A stretch of DNA of 64,000 nucleotides, from the NCBI GenBank assembly GCA_946965045.2, contig OX337228.1, positions 5,270,001-5,334,000 on the forward strand. Reading direction: 5' to 3'. Of the stretch, positions 1-12,543 are shown piece by piece. Each line of letters begins with the position of its first letter. The first letter of the stretch is position 1. The translations under genes and the position numbers were made by a program. The notes beneath the pieces were generated by a model that saw only the letters and a list, made by a program, of their open reading frames with translations, was not told the origin of the DNA and made no database searches. The stretch comes from Epithemia pelagica. Lineage: Eukaryota; Protista; Bacillariophyta.

Positions 1-526
1 GACATAATTGAGAGCCAATTCTTCAATCAAGGCCTGTTCTCCAACGTGGTCCGGTAGATCAATTTTGTTTGCTAGAACGAGCATTGGCGTCGCTCCAATA
101 GACCCATCATCCAATAATTTATGCAGTTCTTTCTTTGCCATCGGCAATTTTTGTGGTGCAGCTGCGTCGACCACATACAATACTACATCGCATCCTTTTG
201 TGTACCGGGCCCATTCACTTCGATATTGTTCTTGACCCCCAATATCCCAACATTTCATATTCACTTGGCCTTTCTTAAATACTTTCACATTGAGACCAAT
301 GGTAGGAACGGTCTCAACTGCATGGCCGTGTGCCAGTACGGAGAGAAGAGTTGTCTTTCCACTGTTCAACCATCATTTTTTGCAATAAATGAGTGGCAAG
401 AGGAGAAGCAAATCGTCAGCGCGACTCCCACATCACGAACACATACCTGTTTTCCAAGCCGATGACAACAATGTCAAGCTTCTTTGTATAAAATATTTCC
501 AGGAGACGGGTTAACAATGCGCCCAT
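1..526 (-). CDS. ARF/ARL-family small GTPase (3' end runs off the window); intron 362-446
   Basis: Not in the ORF track. Manual splicing (GTATGT..CAG) gives MGALLTRLLEIFYTKKLDIVVIGLENSGKTT...WDIGGQ...NKIDL, with G1, G3 and G4 motifs and an N-terminal MG. Confidence 0.92.
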
Positions 527-1098
527 TGTGTGGTTGTTGTGGCTACGTGTTCGGAACAACAACAATGCTCGCTAAATGGAGCACTCAAACAACAAGCGTT
601 TCAAGGACACTAACGAGCGGGAAATGGAAGACGGTTGTCAGAGTATGGTGATGAATGCTAATCCAACAACGGAAAGAGAATACATTCAGGCAATGACACG
701 AGGTGAAGCCCTTTGAACTCCGTTTGTTCGGAAAATTGCCGACAAGGGATCTGTATCGTGTTGCTAACGAGCCGCCATGTATTGTAGATTTGTGGGAAGA
801 AGATGAGTCGTCTGTCGCTCATGCGGCACGCCTCGTCCAATGAACATTCACTTTGATAGTAAGTATGTAGGACGATTGCGCCTGCCCATCCACGCGCATG
901 GTCGCATCGAAACAAGACCAACCCAGCTGCGAGATCCAGGTGACACCCATACGCGACTGCTCCCAGGTGCTGTTTTGGTGGCTTGTCCCTCTCATGATGA
1001 AGCGCTTTTGTTGTGTCAACAAACCGAAGAAGCGAGAAAGCAACCATCTGAAAAGAGAGGGTTCCATTATACAGGCTACCTGAAAGGAATTTTAAAAT

Positions 1099-1443
1099 AT
1101 GGCAGAAGATATTACTGGCTCAGGTTCCAGCAGAGAAGTTGCGAGTGCCAATCTTCAAGAGCTTCAGGAAACTGTTAGTCGGCTTTCGTCCCATGCGGGT
1201 GTTGAGTCCGTTTTGATTCTGAACAGGTCAGGAGATATAATTGCCGAATCTTCGAAGCGTCAGAATGAGTCAAGTCCAGAAACTGCGGCATCTGTGAGCA
1301 AGCTGCTTAAATTGGCCACGAGCTACATACAATCCCTTTCTCCTGAGGATGAAGTGTCCTTTCTCCAAGTTCGTTCAAACCAACGTCGAGAACTCTACAT
1401 ATCTCCCTACGAAGGATACGTGTTGGCTTTGTCCAAGCGTTAG
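1099..1443 (+). CDS. Dynein light chain roadblock/LC7-family protein
   Basis: 114 aa. ELQETVSRLSSHAGVESVLILNRSGDII and VSFLQVRSNQRRELYISPYEGYVL match the roadblock pattern. Confidence 0.8.
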   Translation: MAEDITGSGSSREVASANLQELQETVSRLSSHAGVESVLILNRSGDIIAESSKRQNESSPETAASVSKLLKLATSYIQSLSPEDEVSFLQVRSNQRRELYISPYEGYVLALSKR

Positions 1444-1517
1444 CGAACCTTCAGTTTTTTGTTTGGTCAGGGTTTCCAGAAAATGTTTGTATTGATAGTG
1501 ACTATCAGCAATACCCC

Positions 1518-3465
1518 TTAGTCGATAGATATAATCTCTTTTACTTTGAGCTGGGTTTTGGCTCGAGAGAGAGGATTGTCCCCAAATAGGATGTCGTCGT
1601 CGTCGTCTTCATCACTACTGTCCAAAGCTATCGCAGTTATAGAGTGTTTTCCTGTCAAGTCTGTCTTCTTTGATGAATTCCATGTCGTATGTTTTCGTCG
1701 CTTCAAGGCGCGCTCCTCTGTAGGAGTCTCAGTGGCATTCCCCATTATTTGAGCCACAGATTCATGAACAACGACATCTGCTGCAGCTGCGGTAGGTGCT
1801 TCTTTTCCTTCACTGTCCGATTTCTCCGCCGCTTGTATAGAAGCGCGCGTTTCCTGGTCGCGAAGAGACCTTTCAACCAGTTCACGATATTTCGATGCAC
1901 TATTCGTGTTATCTTCGCCAGAGTCATAATCATCCTGAGGTAAACCGTAGGCAACGAAAAGTTCCGCCGCACTCCGCGCCCCAAGGGTCCTCTTCCCAGT
2001 GACTATTTTTTCGCCGCCAGCTGTGCTCTGAAGGGGCAGGGATTGAAGAAGTGTTTTGCCGGCATCACCACATCCTGCTTTGTCAAAAGCCGTGAGAATT
2101 GACGAGATCGTGGGATGGAGCTCGCTTACAGCTGAAATCTTGGCATCACTAATTGTTGTGACCTGTTTCAACATCGCCTGATGAATTCCACCCACAGTTC
2201 GCCTTCCTGATTCACGATCACGTTCCACCTTGGCACATAATTCTTTATCTAGACAAGAAGTTGAGATACAACAACCAACATGGATGAACAGAAATAAGGA
2301 ACTTACATGTCATGAACCGATCCATGCCGGCCATCGGAACGGGTTCTTCATCAAACACAAGTCCGTGAAGAGATTCAAGCCTTCTTCGCCGTCTCCTCCC
2401 AACCTTTTGACCAAACGAATCCCTTGCACCCTGAGCCGACGGTCCAGCTTCTGGACCTTGAAAGGATGGCAGAGCTTCCGAGAAAAAGGCGGACGGAAAT
2501 GTCCGTTTCAGCATACGTCGATGTATCCTGCGAAGTGTGTTCACAGTGTCTTCCATGTGCGCTGTCTGAATGACTTGATTGTTTTTGTCAATCCGTATGT
2601 TCCACAAGACACTGTGCAAAGTTTCGGCGGGGCACCGATAGAGGTCTTTCTTGAGATCACCCTCAACCAGAAAAATGACTTGAGGTTGCCCCGAATCTTT
2701 CAGTCGTAATTGTTGCTCATTGTACCTGGTGCCGAACAAGGATGACTTGAGGTCTGACACTTCCTTTCGTTCAATTATGGTCCCCAACAATAGTTCTGCT
2801 TGGACGTCACTAGTACTTCCCCTTGAGCATCCTTGGGCGATCCATGTCATATCACCTATAGGTAGATTGCGTATCTCTGTAGGAATTCCACATTGCTGAG
2901 TTTTGCTCGAATAATGCTCGGCTTTACGTTCTCGGCGGTCAACGAGAAGGACAAGTCGCCATGTTAAATTCTTCCCTTTCCATTGATCTGCCTCTTTGCA
3001 TGCTTTCTGGTACGCAACCTCTTTCCTTGATGGGTGCTCTTTTTCTTTGAGAAGAGTTTGCAACAGTTGTTTCTGAGGGACTCTCGTAGCTTTGGGTGTA
3101 ACGGACGAAGAGCCTGTGTCATTGGTGTGGGCGGAAGCCCGTCCCTGCATTTCTGAATTGTTTTCTTTCTTTTTACCTCTTCTCCCCGTCGACTTTGTGG
3201 TAGGAATGTCTTTAGTAAATAAAAGTGAAGCAATTCCTGGTCCAATTCCTTTCAATTCTATGGCTTTTTCGTACGAAGTGATGGGTTCTTTCGTTTGGCA
3301 CAAAGAATCCATGGCTTTCTTCAAGGTGAAGGAAAAGTTGGATTGTGTGACCTTGTCACGTTTGTCGGCTATCAAATCGACTAGAGGTTGATTGGCTTCA
3401 CATTTTGCTTTGAATGCTTTCGATCGGTTCGTTGAAACTTGACGGATCCACGTCCGAGTTGCCAT
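1518..3465 (-). CDS. MUS81: Crossover-junction endonuclease MUS81; intron 2249-2306; start uncertain (ATG 3465, frame open to 3687)
   Basis: N-terminal HhH (KGIGPGIA), ERCC4 domain (IERKEVSDL, RYNEQ, FLVEGD) and C-terminal HhH. A GTAAGT..TAG intron joins ORFs 2245-3687 and 1518-2228 in frame. Confidence 0.9.
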
Positions 3466-3762
3466 TGTTGACAAAGATTTTTTTTGCTTCCCTCCTCGGA
3501 AAACCTCGCGAACGTAAGAATGTTGCCCACCCGGCTTCTCGATATAGACGTGCATGCGACATGGACGCGTGACATGGACGCGTGCACGCTGCTGGCAGGG
3601 GGCTTGGGGCTTGGGGGGCAAGATGGGGGAGTCATTAGACGAATGAGTCATGGACGAAGCTCTCTCTTTATTCGTGACTCTATCCAACTCTGCAGTATGG
3701 TATGAAGATACGATCCCGTATCTTAGTGTACCTCATTCCTCTTAAATTCACAACGATCGACA

Positions 3763-5041
3763 ATGCAGAAACCTGAACGTGTCAACTGGAAAGACTCCAA
3801 TCTCGCCTTGATTGGTAGCGATCTTGACCATAATATCAAGGCAGCTGCAGCTGGTGGCGAAGATGCGTGGGTGGGCGCAGGCAAAAAGGCTGAGGTTAGA
3901 GTCTGGCGCGTCGAACAGTTCAAGATTGTTGCTTGGCCCGAATCAAAGTATGGCAAGTTCCATGTCGGAGATTCGTACATCGTAATGAACTCCTATGTCA
4001 AGGACGGATCTGATGCTCTTCTTCATGATATCCATATCTGGATCGGAAGTGAATCATCCCAAGATGAATATGGTACTGCGGCCTACAAAATGGTCGAGCT
4101 CGATGAGTTTCTAGGAGGGGCTCCAGTTCAGCACCGAGAAGTTCAGGGCAGTGAATCTCCGGTAAGTGGGCTTGACTTCTTAGAATTAGATTATTGAGTT
4201 TCACTCACTCGCTCTTTTGTCAGATGTTCGTGTCGTACTTTGGTCGTCTCAGTTACTTGAAAGGTGGTTTCGCCACTGGATTTCGTCACGTCGAACCGAG
4301 CAAGGACGAGCCTCACTTGTATAAAATCAAGGGCACTAAGAAGGGCATGTCCATGGCTCAGGTTCCGGTGTCCAAGTCTTCGCTCAACCAAGGTGATTCT
4401 TTCATCTTGTTCGCAAACAAATCCTTGGTGTGGATTTGGCACGGTGAATCATCAAACCCCGATGAAAAGGCACGGGCAAATTCTGCAGCCGAAGAGATGT
4501 GTACGCAGGGTACTGCAGTCATCATTGAGTCTTCGGATGCTGAAGGCGAAAATGCAGAATTCTGGGCTTACCTTGGTGATGGAACGATCCAGCCGGCCGA
4601 AGGCGGCGACGAAGAAATCAAGGATTTCGTGCCTGTTCTCTTCAGGATCAAAGACAAGGGCACTGGTGGTTCCATCAATGCCGAGAAAGTTGCGGAGGCA
4701 CAGCCGATCAAGCGGCGATTTGGTCCTCCGACGAGCAAGATTGCTCGATCACTTCTCGACGACGATGATGTCTTCCTTCTCGACGCTGGATGGGAGATCT
4801 TTTTGTGGATGGGCAAGGCCTGTGACAAGAGCGAAAAGCTAGCTGGTATGAGCATTGCAGAAAACTACATGGTACGTTTACGGATGTGTGAATTGCTCTC
4901 ATGCTCATTGCAAACTAACACGCGCATATATGTCCTCTTCTTCTTGCTGAGCAGAAGGGACACTCGCGCACCGCCGATCTCCCTCTCTCGATTGTCAAAA
5001 GCGGTTGGGAAACGTCCCATTTCAATGAATACTTTGAATAG
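3763..5041 (+). CDS. Severin/fragmin-type three-domain gelsolin-family actin-binding protein (about 377 aa); introns 4162-4223 and 4872-4954
   Basis: VWRVEQFK, FHVGDSYIV, IHIWIGSESSQDEYGTAA, VQHREVQGSES, SLNQGDSFIL and LLDAGWEIFLWMGK; canonical splice sites keep the frame. Confidence 0.93.
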
Positions 5042-5971
5042 AAAGGCGGCCTATGCCGTTAGATCTCTACTTGGACCCTAAGGATAGCCTTGAAGGTAAT
5101 GGTTAGACCTTCTAGTAGGTTTACTCATGTCCATGTAGAAAGACTGGGGTCCAGCCGCGGGTGTATATTGTCGTCCGTTGTTGATGACGAGAATCAAACC
5201 GGTCCTACTTTGATTCGCCCATGAATTTTTTCCATGTCCCCGCGGTATGGGCTGTCCATCATGTCGGCAATGGATTCCCACGTCCGATTCCGATGTCATC
5301 TGTCAGCCATAGTAGAATGGACCATAAACCATAACGCCAAAGATGTCATTATTCAGGTCAATTTTTCCGCCCCAAAACTGATGACCCGCACCACGACTAC
5401 TTATCGGATTTGCGGTTGAGCATACTTATGTACATATGGCATTGCCCACGCGGAACACATAAGTATTCTTTGGAGGTGCGCGCATGATGGCATGCTCTTT
5501 CCACCGGCATGCCATGATAAGAATCATATTTCCGTTGAGAGCAGTTGAGCTCAACTTTTTTGGCTCCCCCAAGACGTATCTCTTTCCAACAGATTGCAAT
5601 CCCAATATCCAACCGAGTAACGCACCCGAGACTCGAGACATGACAGCATTCATCAACACGAACCACTGCTATTTGCTATTGCGCTATCCCCTACCCGCTA
5701 AAAAGACTTGTATTCATCAGCAGTTGTAAGTACTGTAGAATGGCATCACACTCTTTTGTAATATAATTTTTGCGGCGCGCCTTGCATTGAAAGTCAGGAC
5801 TTTGCTTTTTCTTTGGAGCTTGCATCTCTGTCTTGTTCGTCGATCCAAGTCGAAAAGCCGGAAAAGTCGGGGCTTGTCCACAACAGGGATCCTCATCGGA
5901 GGTGCGAGTTCAACAAGCCGTTACTATTCGATTTCGACGCCAACCACTGGAGGAATTGAGATTTTTGTGGA

Positions 5972-8900
5972 TTGTGTGAGGCACAGCAACGGTGGAGGTC
6001 CATGATGCACTCGACCTCAGTACCGGCTGTGGCAATACCGTCGTCCAAATCGGATGGAGGAGGCCCAAACTTGTTTCCCAGAAGAAGGAGGCGTCATTTT
6101 ACTAGTGGTCTGGCGAGTCGGTTGTTTTCATCCAATGCGGACAACAGTGGCACTGCAAGCAAGCCAAGTTATCCACATCAATCTAATGGAGAAAGTACGG
6201 AACAAGCTGGTCGTAAATCTCCTTTGTCGAGAGGTGGTCTTCGTCGAGATCGAATGGGAAACGTGGTCGGAACTGTCAATCATGGTATTCTCACGCCGAC
6301 AAAACAAAAACCAACGTCCAATTCACCACGCACAATTTCAAGCAGGAAATCCACTCGTACAGACAGAACAGACCCTATCGACAATTCGTTTGCATCCTCA
6401 AGTCCGTCACCGGTAAGAGGTGATGAGAGTCCGGATGACATTCGCTTTTCTGGGGATAACTGGAATCATAGGAAGGGACGAGCAAAGAGTTCTACACACG
6501 ATCCTCCTCTTCGATCTCATTTACGTAGAGGGGGAACAGGGGAGAGAGGTAAAGGTGCCCCCTTGGCTGTGAGCGTGGACCAGGATGAGGAAAACACATC
6601 CACACCCTTTCTCTTGTTCCCTGCTACTTCCCCTCCCGTTCATGTGGAGGACAACGTACCAGCTGCAACGTACTCTCCTGACGAGTTCGAGGACGACACT
6701 GACAGCAGTTTAAGCTGTAGCATCGAGAACAAACGTGCAAGCCCTGGCCCTGATCCCTCTCATGCAGCAGCGCCCACCTGGCAAGATCTCAAATTCGTAA
6801 CGCCGAATGCCGACGTTCAAATGCGAATGTCTCCTGTTGAGCAACAGATAAAGCAACTCCAACACCGTTCCCCGAGAACTGTACAACAGAAAAACCATTC
6901 TCCTGGAAGACGGGTAGCAGAGTGGCTGAGTAGTGCCAACAAACAAGTTTCAGTGCGAGACAGTGCTTCAGGACTGGCGCGCTCCCTAGATCAAGGAATC
7001 GAAATGCTGCTGGATCCTGTCCAGAAGTTTGTCCAATGTGCTGCACCAATGAGCGCTGCTGAAGCAGAAAAGCTTGCGCAACCAATTCCGTTACAAAAGG
7101 CTTCTTCCACGGTGTCAGGAGCCTCCACAGAGGTTGCAACGAACCGAGGGGTAGACATTGCGAAAAGACGAATAAGAGAGATGGAAGAGCAAATCGAACG
7201 GCGACGCGTGGCCGCAGAACAACAACAACAAGTCTTGCAAGAACAACGACTTTTGCAGGAGCAATTGAACCGAATCTCTTCACAGGCAGACGAAAGTTTG
7301 CCATCAGACGAGGAAGATGCCATTGTACGTCAGTTGGTGCAAACGAGGAAAGCGGTGAGAAACTACCGAAAAGGACAGGAAGATGACGGCGATGAACCCC
7401 CGTACATCCAACCATCGGTGATATATCGTAGTCGATTGTCGTTTGGTGCACCAAAAATAGCACCGAAACAGTTGGAGCAAAAGAGCATCCTTTCGGTTAG
7501 TGACGATGAAAGCAGTCGTATGACTCACAGCACTGCACAATCGAATCAACAGCACATATTGTTGCAGTCATCCCCCATTGTTGCTGGTCCACCATCAACC
7601 ATTGTTCCAAAAAGAAAAAGGTTTGATAAGCAAGTTGATCTTGTTCCTGCGCATCAACCCGAAATCCTAGTCACAGGAGAGACCTCGTCCATGCAGTCAG
7701 TAAGTCAATCATCGTCCATGAAAGTGGAAGTCCACAGAAATCAATTGGATAAGAACAAAACCCGTGAGATGTTTTCAGGGGTGCAGCATGGAGAACCACT
7801 GCAGCCATTGCACGAATCTATCAACGAAGAAGCCACTGGACAAGTAATTTCTCGCGGAACAAACGAGCATGCGGACTTGATGATCCCGAACCTTTCTCCT
7901 TCGCCCGTTTCAAACACAGAAGCTTTCCTTCCAATGAAGAATCATCCGTATAGGCCACCATCATCCCCGAAGTCAGACGGCGCTCTGAATATATCAAGGG
8001 TAAATCTGAACGATCTCTCAACTTTATCACCGAAGTCTGATTATGCCGTATTAGGGCACAGAGTGACAAGAACTCGTGCTGTTGGAGGGGATTATTATCT
8101 TTCTCCACCTGGAGTGTCTGGACGGATACCTCTGGTGGGCCAGGACTCACCCGACCCCGTCTTTTGTTCCAAGTCAATGACTTCGACCACACCCACTTCG
8201 ACGTCGGGCTATCACACGATCAGCTCAGGGTACAATACGACCGGCTCATGCACCGTTCTCGACAGAGACAGTAGTTTTGACTCATCGGTTATGAACCATA
8301 GTAAGGGAAGCCTTGTCTCGGGACTGAAAGCCGTCGAAGAAGAAAAAGACGAAGATTTTGTTCCAACGACTGGCATTGCTCCTTTGTCCAAGATGTCTTG
8401 TGTTCTTGGCAACGTTTCTATGCATGGTGCACAGCAACTTATTTCTTTGCCCATGCCTACTGAGATGCCAAATTCTGGTCGAAGTTATGAGGATTCTAAT
8501 TTTCAACTGTCTCATAGAGCAGACAAGGCTGCGGGTCCCCCATCGACCATGCAAGGTAGTGTCTCAGATGGTGGTTGCAGGAACGTCCCGACGCTGGCCG
8601 ACTTGGCTGTTATGAGTTCTTTCGCACGTAGTGACTCTCTCGACGATCCCTTACCAACCCTTCCCAAGGATTCAAAGATGAAAAGTGCGGGAAACTCGAA
8701 AAATACTAGGGTAGCTAATATCAGCGGCCAATGGCCTCGATCGACTGGGACTAGCAGGAAAGAAGGGGACGACATAAATGAAAGCGAAAGTAGGCGTGAA
8801 ATGCCCGAAATCGATGTGAGTGAAGAAGAAAGTTCCCTGTACAGAAAAACGCCAGCCTGGAATGTCATGAAAAGCTTGCGAAATGAACGCAAAGATACTT

Positions 8901-11900
8901 TATCAAACGGACCGAAAACATACACCCATGTTGACAGATCGATTCAAGCAGCTCCATTGGCTCTTCACCAGTCGAAAAGGAGTTCCTTTCATACTGCGTT
9001 TTCATTATTTGAAAAGAAGCCTGATTCAGGCGGTCATGTTTCTCTCTCGACGCCACCCCGCAGACATTCGAAACTAGGTGCTATGTTGTCAACGAAGAAT
9101 ACTGGCATAGTTCCACAACTGGAACCGGAAGAGTTGAGCATTGGTGTACAAAGCCTCAAATCTGTGTTTGAGTCGGTAAATTCACGGTCTACTCATGACT
9201 GTACCGATGATGACGGAGGAAGTGTGAAGAGCTTGCGACAAAAGCTTGAAGGGAGATCCAACTCTACTTTACTACGATCTTTACGTGAGGAAGACGACGT
9301 CGATGACGACACAGCAAGTGTCAAGAGTCTAAGAGAAAAGTTCGAGGGAACAGTCAAGTCTGTGACTTCCAGATCTCTCCAAGAGCAGGATGACGACACT
9401 GCGAGCGTGAGAAGTTTGAAGGACAAATTTGAGGGAACGACCAAGAACGTTGATCAAGGTGTAAAGAAAATGCGTGACATGTTCGAAGCAAAGTCCAGGC
9501 CCATCACGAAACCTTTTGGAACTGGAACCGCTGAGCTACAGGAAGTGTTTTCGAAATTTCAGTCAAGACAGACCGCAAAGGAAAGAGTAAGACGTGCGAC
9601 GTCCATCTCGAATCGAATGAATCAACGAAAAGCCTCTGGGACGAAAGCAAACGCGCTTTCTGCTAGGGGTGGGCTGGAAACAAAACCCTCCCCCGTCGAC
9701 ACGAACCGAAATTCACAAACACAGAATGGTGATTGTAGTAAAACCCAATCCACGAACAGTGGACACACATCTCAAGTTTCAGTGGCAGATCGGGTGAAGA
9801 GCTTTGGTTCTATGTCTCGATTCAAGCCCCTAGCATTGCCAGTGAGAACAAGACCGAGCGTTGCTCAGAACACACCTGACGGATTCGTTCGATGGCGTAA
9901 CATGACAGAGTATCCAAAACGTGGGGTCGGACGTATCACGGAAAATCCTTCACAGACGGAATCATCAGCCATTGAGCTGCAAAAGGCAGTAGGAGAAAGA
10001 CACCATGGACAAGATAGAACCAAACATCAAACGGTAGCACAAGGTCGAGGAGATTTAAAGAAAGAATCCAAGACCTGCGCACATGATGTGGATCACAAAA
10101 GCGCTGGTCGTGATATGCTTGCTCAAGCCGTGATTGCTGCAAAATTGAAGCCGCTAGACGGGCGAAGTAACCGCAACGCTTCCTTAATGATGGTTGCCTC
10201 ACCCCCAACGAGAAGGTCTGCAGTGTCCATCCCTTTGCCATCCATTGGCGACAAGTCTAATTCTTATTTTTTGAATTCAAATGAAGAGGTGCGTCAGGGA
10301 AATTTGAGTAATCATGTCGATGAAATAGCCCCACTCCCATTGTGGTCCAATATAACCTCCATTGAAGAGAAGCCTCCAGTGACAGTTAAAGATAATTACA
10401 CGACAGATGAGACTTTTGAGTCTGCCGCAGATTCTTCTCGAAATAAACGATCACAGGTAACAGAAGTCAGTTCCTCCTACGATGCCCCAACAAACCAGAA
10501 ACAAGAACAAATGGTTGCAGCAACGACATCCCATCATCACGTGACGAAGAAGAAAGAAGATAGCGACAGTGCAATGTCTTCGAGCGAGAGTGATTTTTCA
10601 GATGGCGTCACGTTGGATGTGTCCATTGCTGAGGTTTCGGGACTCACCCTTCCAACTGTATTAGCAGACAAGGGTGCTTCTAATTCAGACGCCAGAGACG
10701 ACGAGACGTCAAGTGAAGTCAGCAATAAGTTGGAAACTGATGCTCGTCGGTCAGAGGCGTCGTCGAGTCAGACTCCGGAGATTCTTGCACCTCTTATAGC
10801 TAGGGGGATGCAAACTTCTGACGAACTGAGTGCTTCCAATAACTTATTTGATGCCCGTGCTAGTTCTCTGGATCAGAGACAAAGTGTGATGGATGCACAC
10901 ATGGCTGAGAAATCCGATCAGGGTGAGTTACACTCTGAGGAGAAGAAGAGTGATGAAGGACATGTTTCGGCTGGGTGGGACGGAAGCCGGGTTCGAAGAA
11001 TGTTTCCGGATACATCACCGGCAGACCAGGAAATCTTTCGTTTTGATTCTGAATGGCTTTCAGTACCATCGGGGCCAATGGAATCAGCAAAGATCGAAAG
11101 AGAATCAGGTTCTAGCCGTCATGGGAATGCAGATTCAAAAACATTCACAGTTATTAACCGAGTCAAGCAAGACTCTTCCAAATCAGAGCAGCCTCTAGAA
11201 GATCGACTTTCTTCGTCCAGCGAAGCACAGGTTCCTCGGCCTCGTCTGGGGTTATCTTCACTTGCAGACGGACGACCTTCAGCTGCGCTGACAAGATTGA
11301 GGAGAGTTAGAGCTACAGGCCGTTTGAATGGGCATAAGAAATCAACAACCGACCGTGAAGAGAAAAATGATAATTCCGTTCATGATCACAAAGCCGTCGT
11401 TGCTTCTACCATTACCCGCGGACCTTCTACTTTTTTGAAAAAGTACAACCCGAATGGTTCGACTGGGTCCAAGGTGACCTCAACAGATTCTTCTCCTTCG
11501 GATGGGATTAGGAGGCCCACCATGCCTTCGGGGCAAGGCGTAAATGAAGAATCACCGAAAACCAGTACTGCTTCATCTCGACATTCAAGTAGTTTGATGG
11601 GTAACCAACCAAGAAGATACCGGACCATCATGGGCGAGGCATATGCCACACCCGATTCCCATCGCCTCTTGCCGCGCATTCCAGAAACAGATACGAACGA
11701 GCACGCCAAGGTAGATTCATCATCGCCTTCTGTGAAGAAGATTTCAGAACATTACACGCAGGCACTGAAGCGGACTGAGAACACTCCCAAGCAGCCTCCC
11801 TTCCTGGCAACCACGAAGAGATATCGTCATGGGCAATTGGGCGAAAAACCGATCATCATGAACAGGCCTCCTGACCCACAAAGGCAAGTCAATTCGGACA

Positions 11901-12064
11901 ATGCTGCCATGGTGGCGCGACTCCGAATCCTCAAAGAATCACGGATCCGTAGGTCCAAGGCGCTTTTCATGAACTCCCCTGACCACGAAGACCAGTCCTG
12001 CAGTACAAAATCGTCCACTCAGTTTGGGGGGACCCATTTCAATCATGCTCTAAATGTCGATTAA
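5972..12064 (+). CDS. Very large (about 2030 aa) Ser-rich, mostly disordered protein with a short coiled coil and repeated VxxLxxxFE motifs
   Basis: Uninterrupted 6.1-kb ORF; no globular domain recognised. Confidence 0.8.
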   Translation: MCEAQQRWRSMMHSTSVPAVAIPSSKSDGGGPNLFPRRRRRHFTSGLASRLFSSNADNSGTASKPSYPHQSNGESTEQAGRKSPLSRGGLRRDRMGNVVGTVNHGILTPTKQKPTSNSPRTISSRKSTRTDRTDPIDNSFASSSPSPVRGDESPDDIRFSGDNWNHRKGRAKSSTHDPPLRSHLRRGGTGERGKGAPLAVSVDQDEENTSTPFLLFPATSPPVHVEDNVPAATYSPDEFEDDTDSSLSCSIENKRASPGPDPSHAAAPTWQDLKFVTPNADVQMRMSPVEQQIKQLQHRSPRTVQQKNHSPGRRVAEWLSSANKQVSVRDSASGLARSLDQGIEMLLDPVQKFVQCAAPMSAAEAEKLAQPIPLQKASSTVSGASTEVATNRGVDIAKRRIREMEEQIERRRVAAEQQQQVLQEQRLLQEQLNRISSQADESLPSDEEDAIVRQLVQTRKAVRNYRKGQEDDGDEPPYIQPSVIYRSRLSFGAPKIAPKQLEQKSILSVSDDESSRMTHSTAQSNQQHILLQSSPIVAGPPSTIVPKRKRFDKQVDLVPAHQPEILVTGETSSMQSVSQSSSMKVEVHRNQLDKNKTREMFSGVQHGEPLQPLHESINEEATGQVISRGTNEHADLMIPNLSPSPVSNTEAFLPMKNHPYRPPSSPKSDGALNISRVNLNDLSTLSPKSDYAVLGHRVTRTRAVGGDYYLSPPGVSGRIPLVGQDSPDPVFCSKSMTSTTPTSTSGYHTISSGYNTTGSCTVLDRDSSFDSSVMNHSKGSLVSGLKAVEEEKDEDFVPTTGIAPLSKMSCVLGNVSMHGAQQLISLPMPTEMPNSGRSYEDSNFQLSHRADKAAGPPSTMQGSVSDGGCRNVPTLADLAVMSSFARSDSLDDPLPTLPKDSKMKSAGNSKNTRVANISGQWPRSTGTSRKEGDDINESESRREMPEIDVSEEESSLYRKTPAWNVMKSLRNERKDTLSNGPKTYTHVDRSIQAAPLALHQSKRSSFHTAFSLFEKKPDSGGHVSLSTPPRRHSKLGAMLSTKNTGIVPQLEPEELSIGVQSLKSVFESVNSRSTHDCTDDDGGSVKSLRQKLEGRSNSTLLRSLREEDDVDDDTASVKSLREKFEGTVKSVTSRSLQEQDDDTASVRSLKDKFEGTTKNVDQGVKKMRDMFEAKSRPITKPFGTGTAELQEVFSKFQSRQTAKERVRRATSISNRMNQRKASGTKANALSARGGLETKPSPVDTNRNSQTQNGDCSKTQSTNSGHTSQVSVADRVKSFGSMSRFKPLALPVRTRPSVAQNTPDGFVRWRNMTEYPKRGVGRITENPSQTESSAIELQKAVGERHHGQDRTKHQTVAQGRGDLKKESKTCAHDVDHKSAGRDMLAQAVIAAKLKPLDGRSNRNASLMMVASPPTRRSAVSIPLPSIGDKSNSYFLNSNEEVRQGNLSNHVDEIAPLPLWSNITSIEEKPPVTVKDNYTTDETFESAADSSRNKRSQVTEVSSSYDAPTNQKQEQMVAATTSHHHVTKKKEDSDSAMSSSESDFSDGVTLDVSIAEVSGLTLPTVLADKGASNSDARDDETSSEVSNKLETDARRSEASSSQTPEILAPLIARGMQTSDELSASNNLFDARASSLDQRQSVMDAHMAEKSDQGELHSEEKKSDEGHVSAGWDGSRVRRMFPDTSPADQEIFRFDSEWLSVPSGPMESAKIERESGSSRHGNADSKTFTVINRVKQDSSKSEQPLEDRLSSSSEAQVPRPRLGLSSLADGRPSAALTRLRRVRATGRLNGHKKSTTDREEKNDNSVHDHKAVVASTITRGPSTFLKKYNPNGSTGSKVTSTDSSPSDGIRRPTMPSGQGVNEESPKTSTASSRHSSSLMGNQPRRYRTIMGEAYATPDSHRLLPRIPETDTNEHAKVDSSSPSVKKISEHYTQALKRTENTPKQPPFLATTKRYRHGQLGEKPIIMNRPPDPQRQVNSDNAAMVARLRILKESRIRRSKALFMNSPDHEDQSCSTKSSTQFGGTHFNHALNVD

Positions 12065-12543
12065 GCATAGATTTTCAGATCCCTAGAGACGGTCTGCTAT
12101 TCGAACACGAAGGCGCTTTACTTGTAGATAGATTCCGGTAGCAGGACCCTAAGGAATATGCAGTGCAGATTGGAAGGGATCAGAAGTAATGGGCTTTGAG
12201 TTTCTATACTGGGACAACAATCAGTGAACGCCGCTTCTGGTAGATAGCGGAACTACTGGTAGAAAGCGGAACTATTTGCTATGCCTTCGTCTCCCATCAG
12301 TTAGGGATCGGTACTACCGTAGTAGGAGCTAGGAGTACAACATACTCCTACTCCTAGCTCTCTAGCTAGAGATTAACTCCCTACTCTACTAGCTAGCTAG
12401 TAAACCTAGGTAGCAACTGCCTAATATAACACTGACCACGCGGGCGAGGTCTACACCCCGACCCCCGACACCGGACTTTTATCAGAATATGAGGAGTAAG
12501 ACAACAACAACAACAAATCATCCCGGCCGAACTTGGAACTGGG

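Noticed and set aside
577-1083. Several short overlapping ORFs between the ARF and roadblock genes, including a protein-like stretch (KPFELRLFGKLP...)
   Set aside because: Every frame is broken by stops, no consistent splice model or known motif emerges, and the region is probably a divergent promoter/UTR or a very decayed gene.
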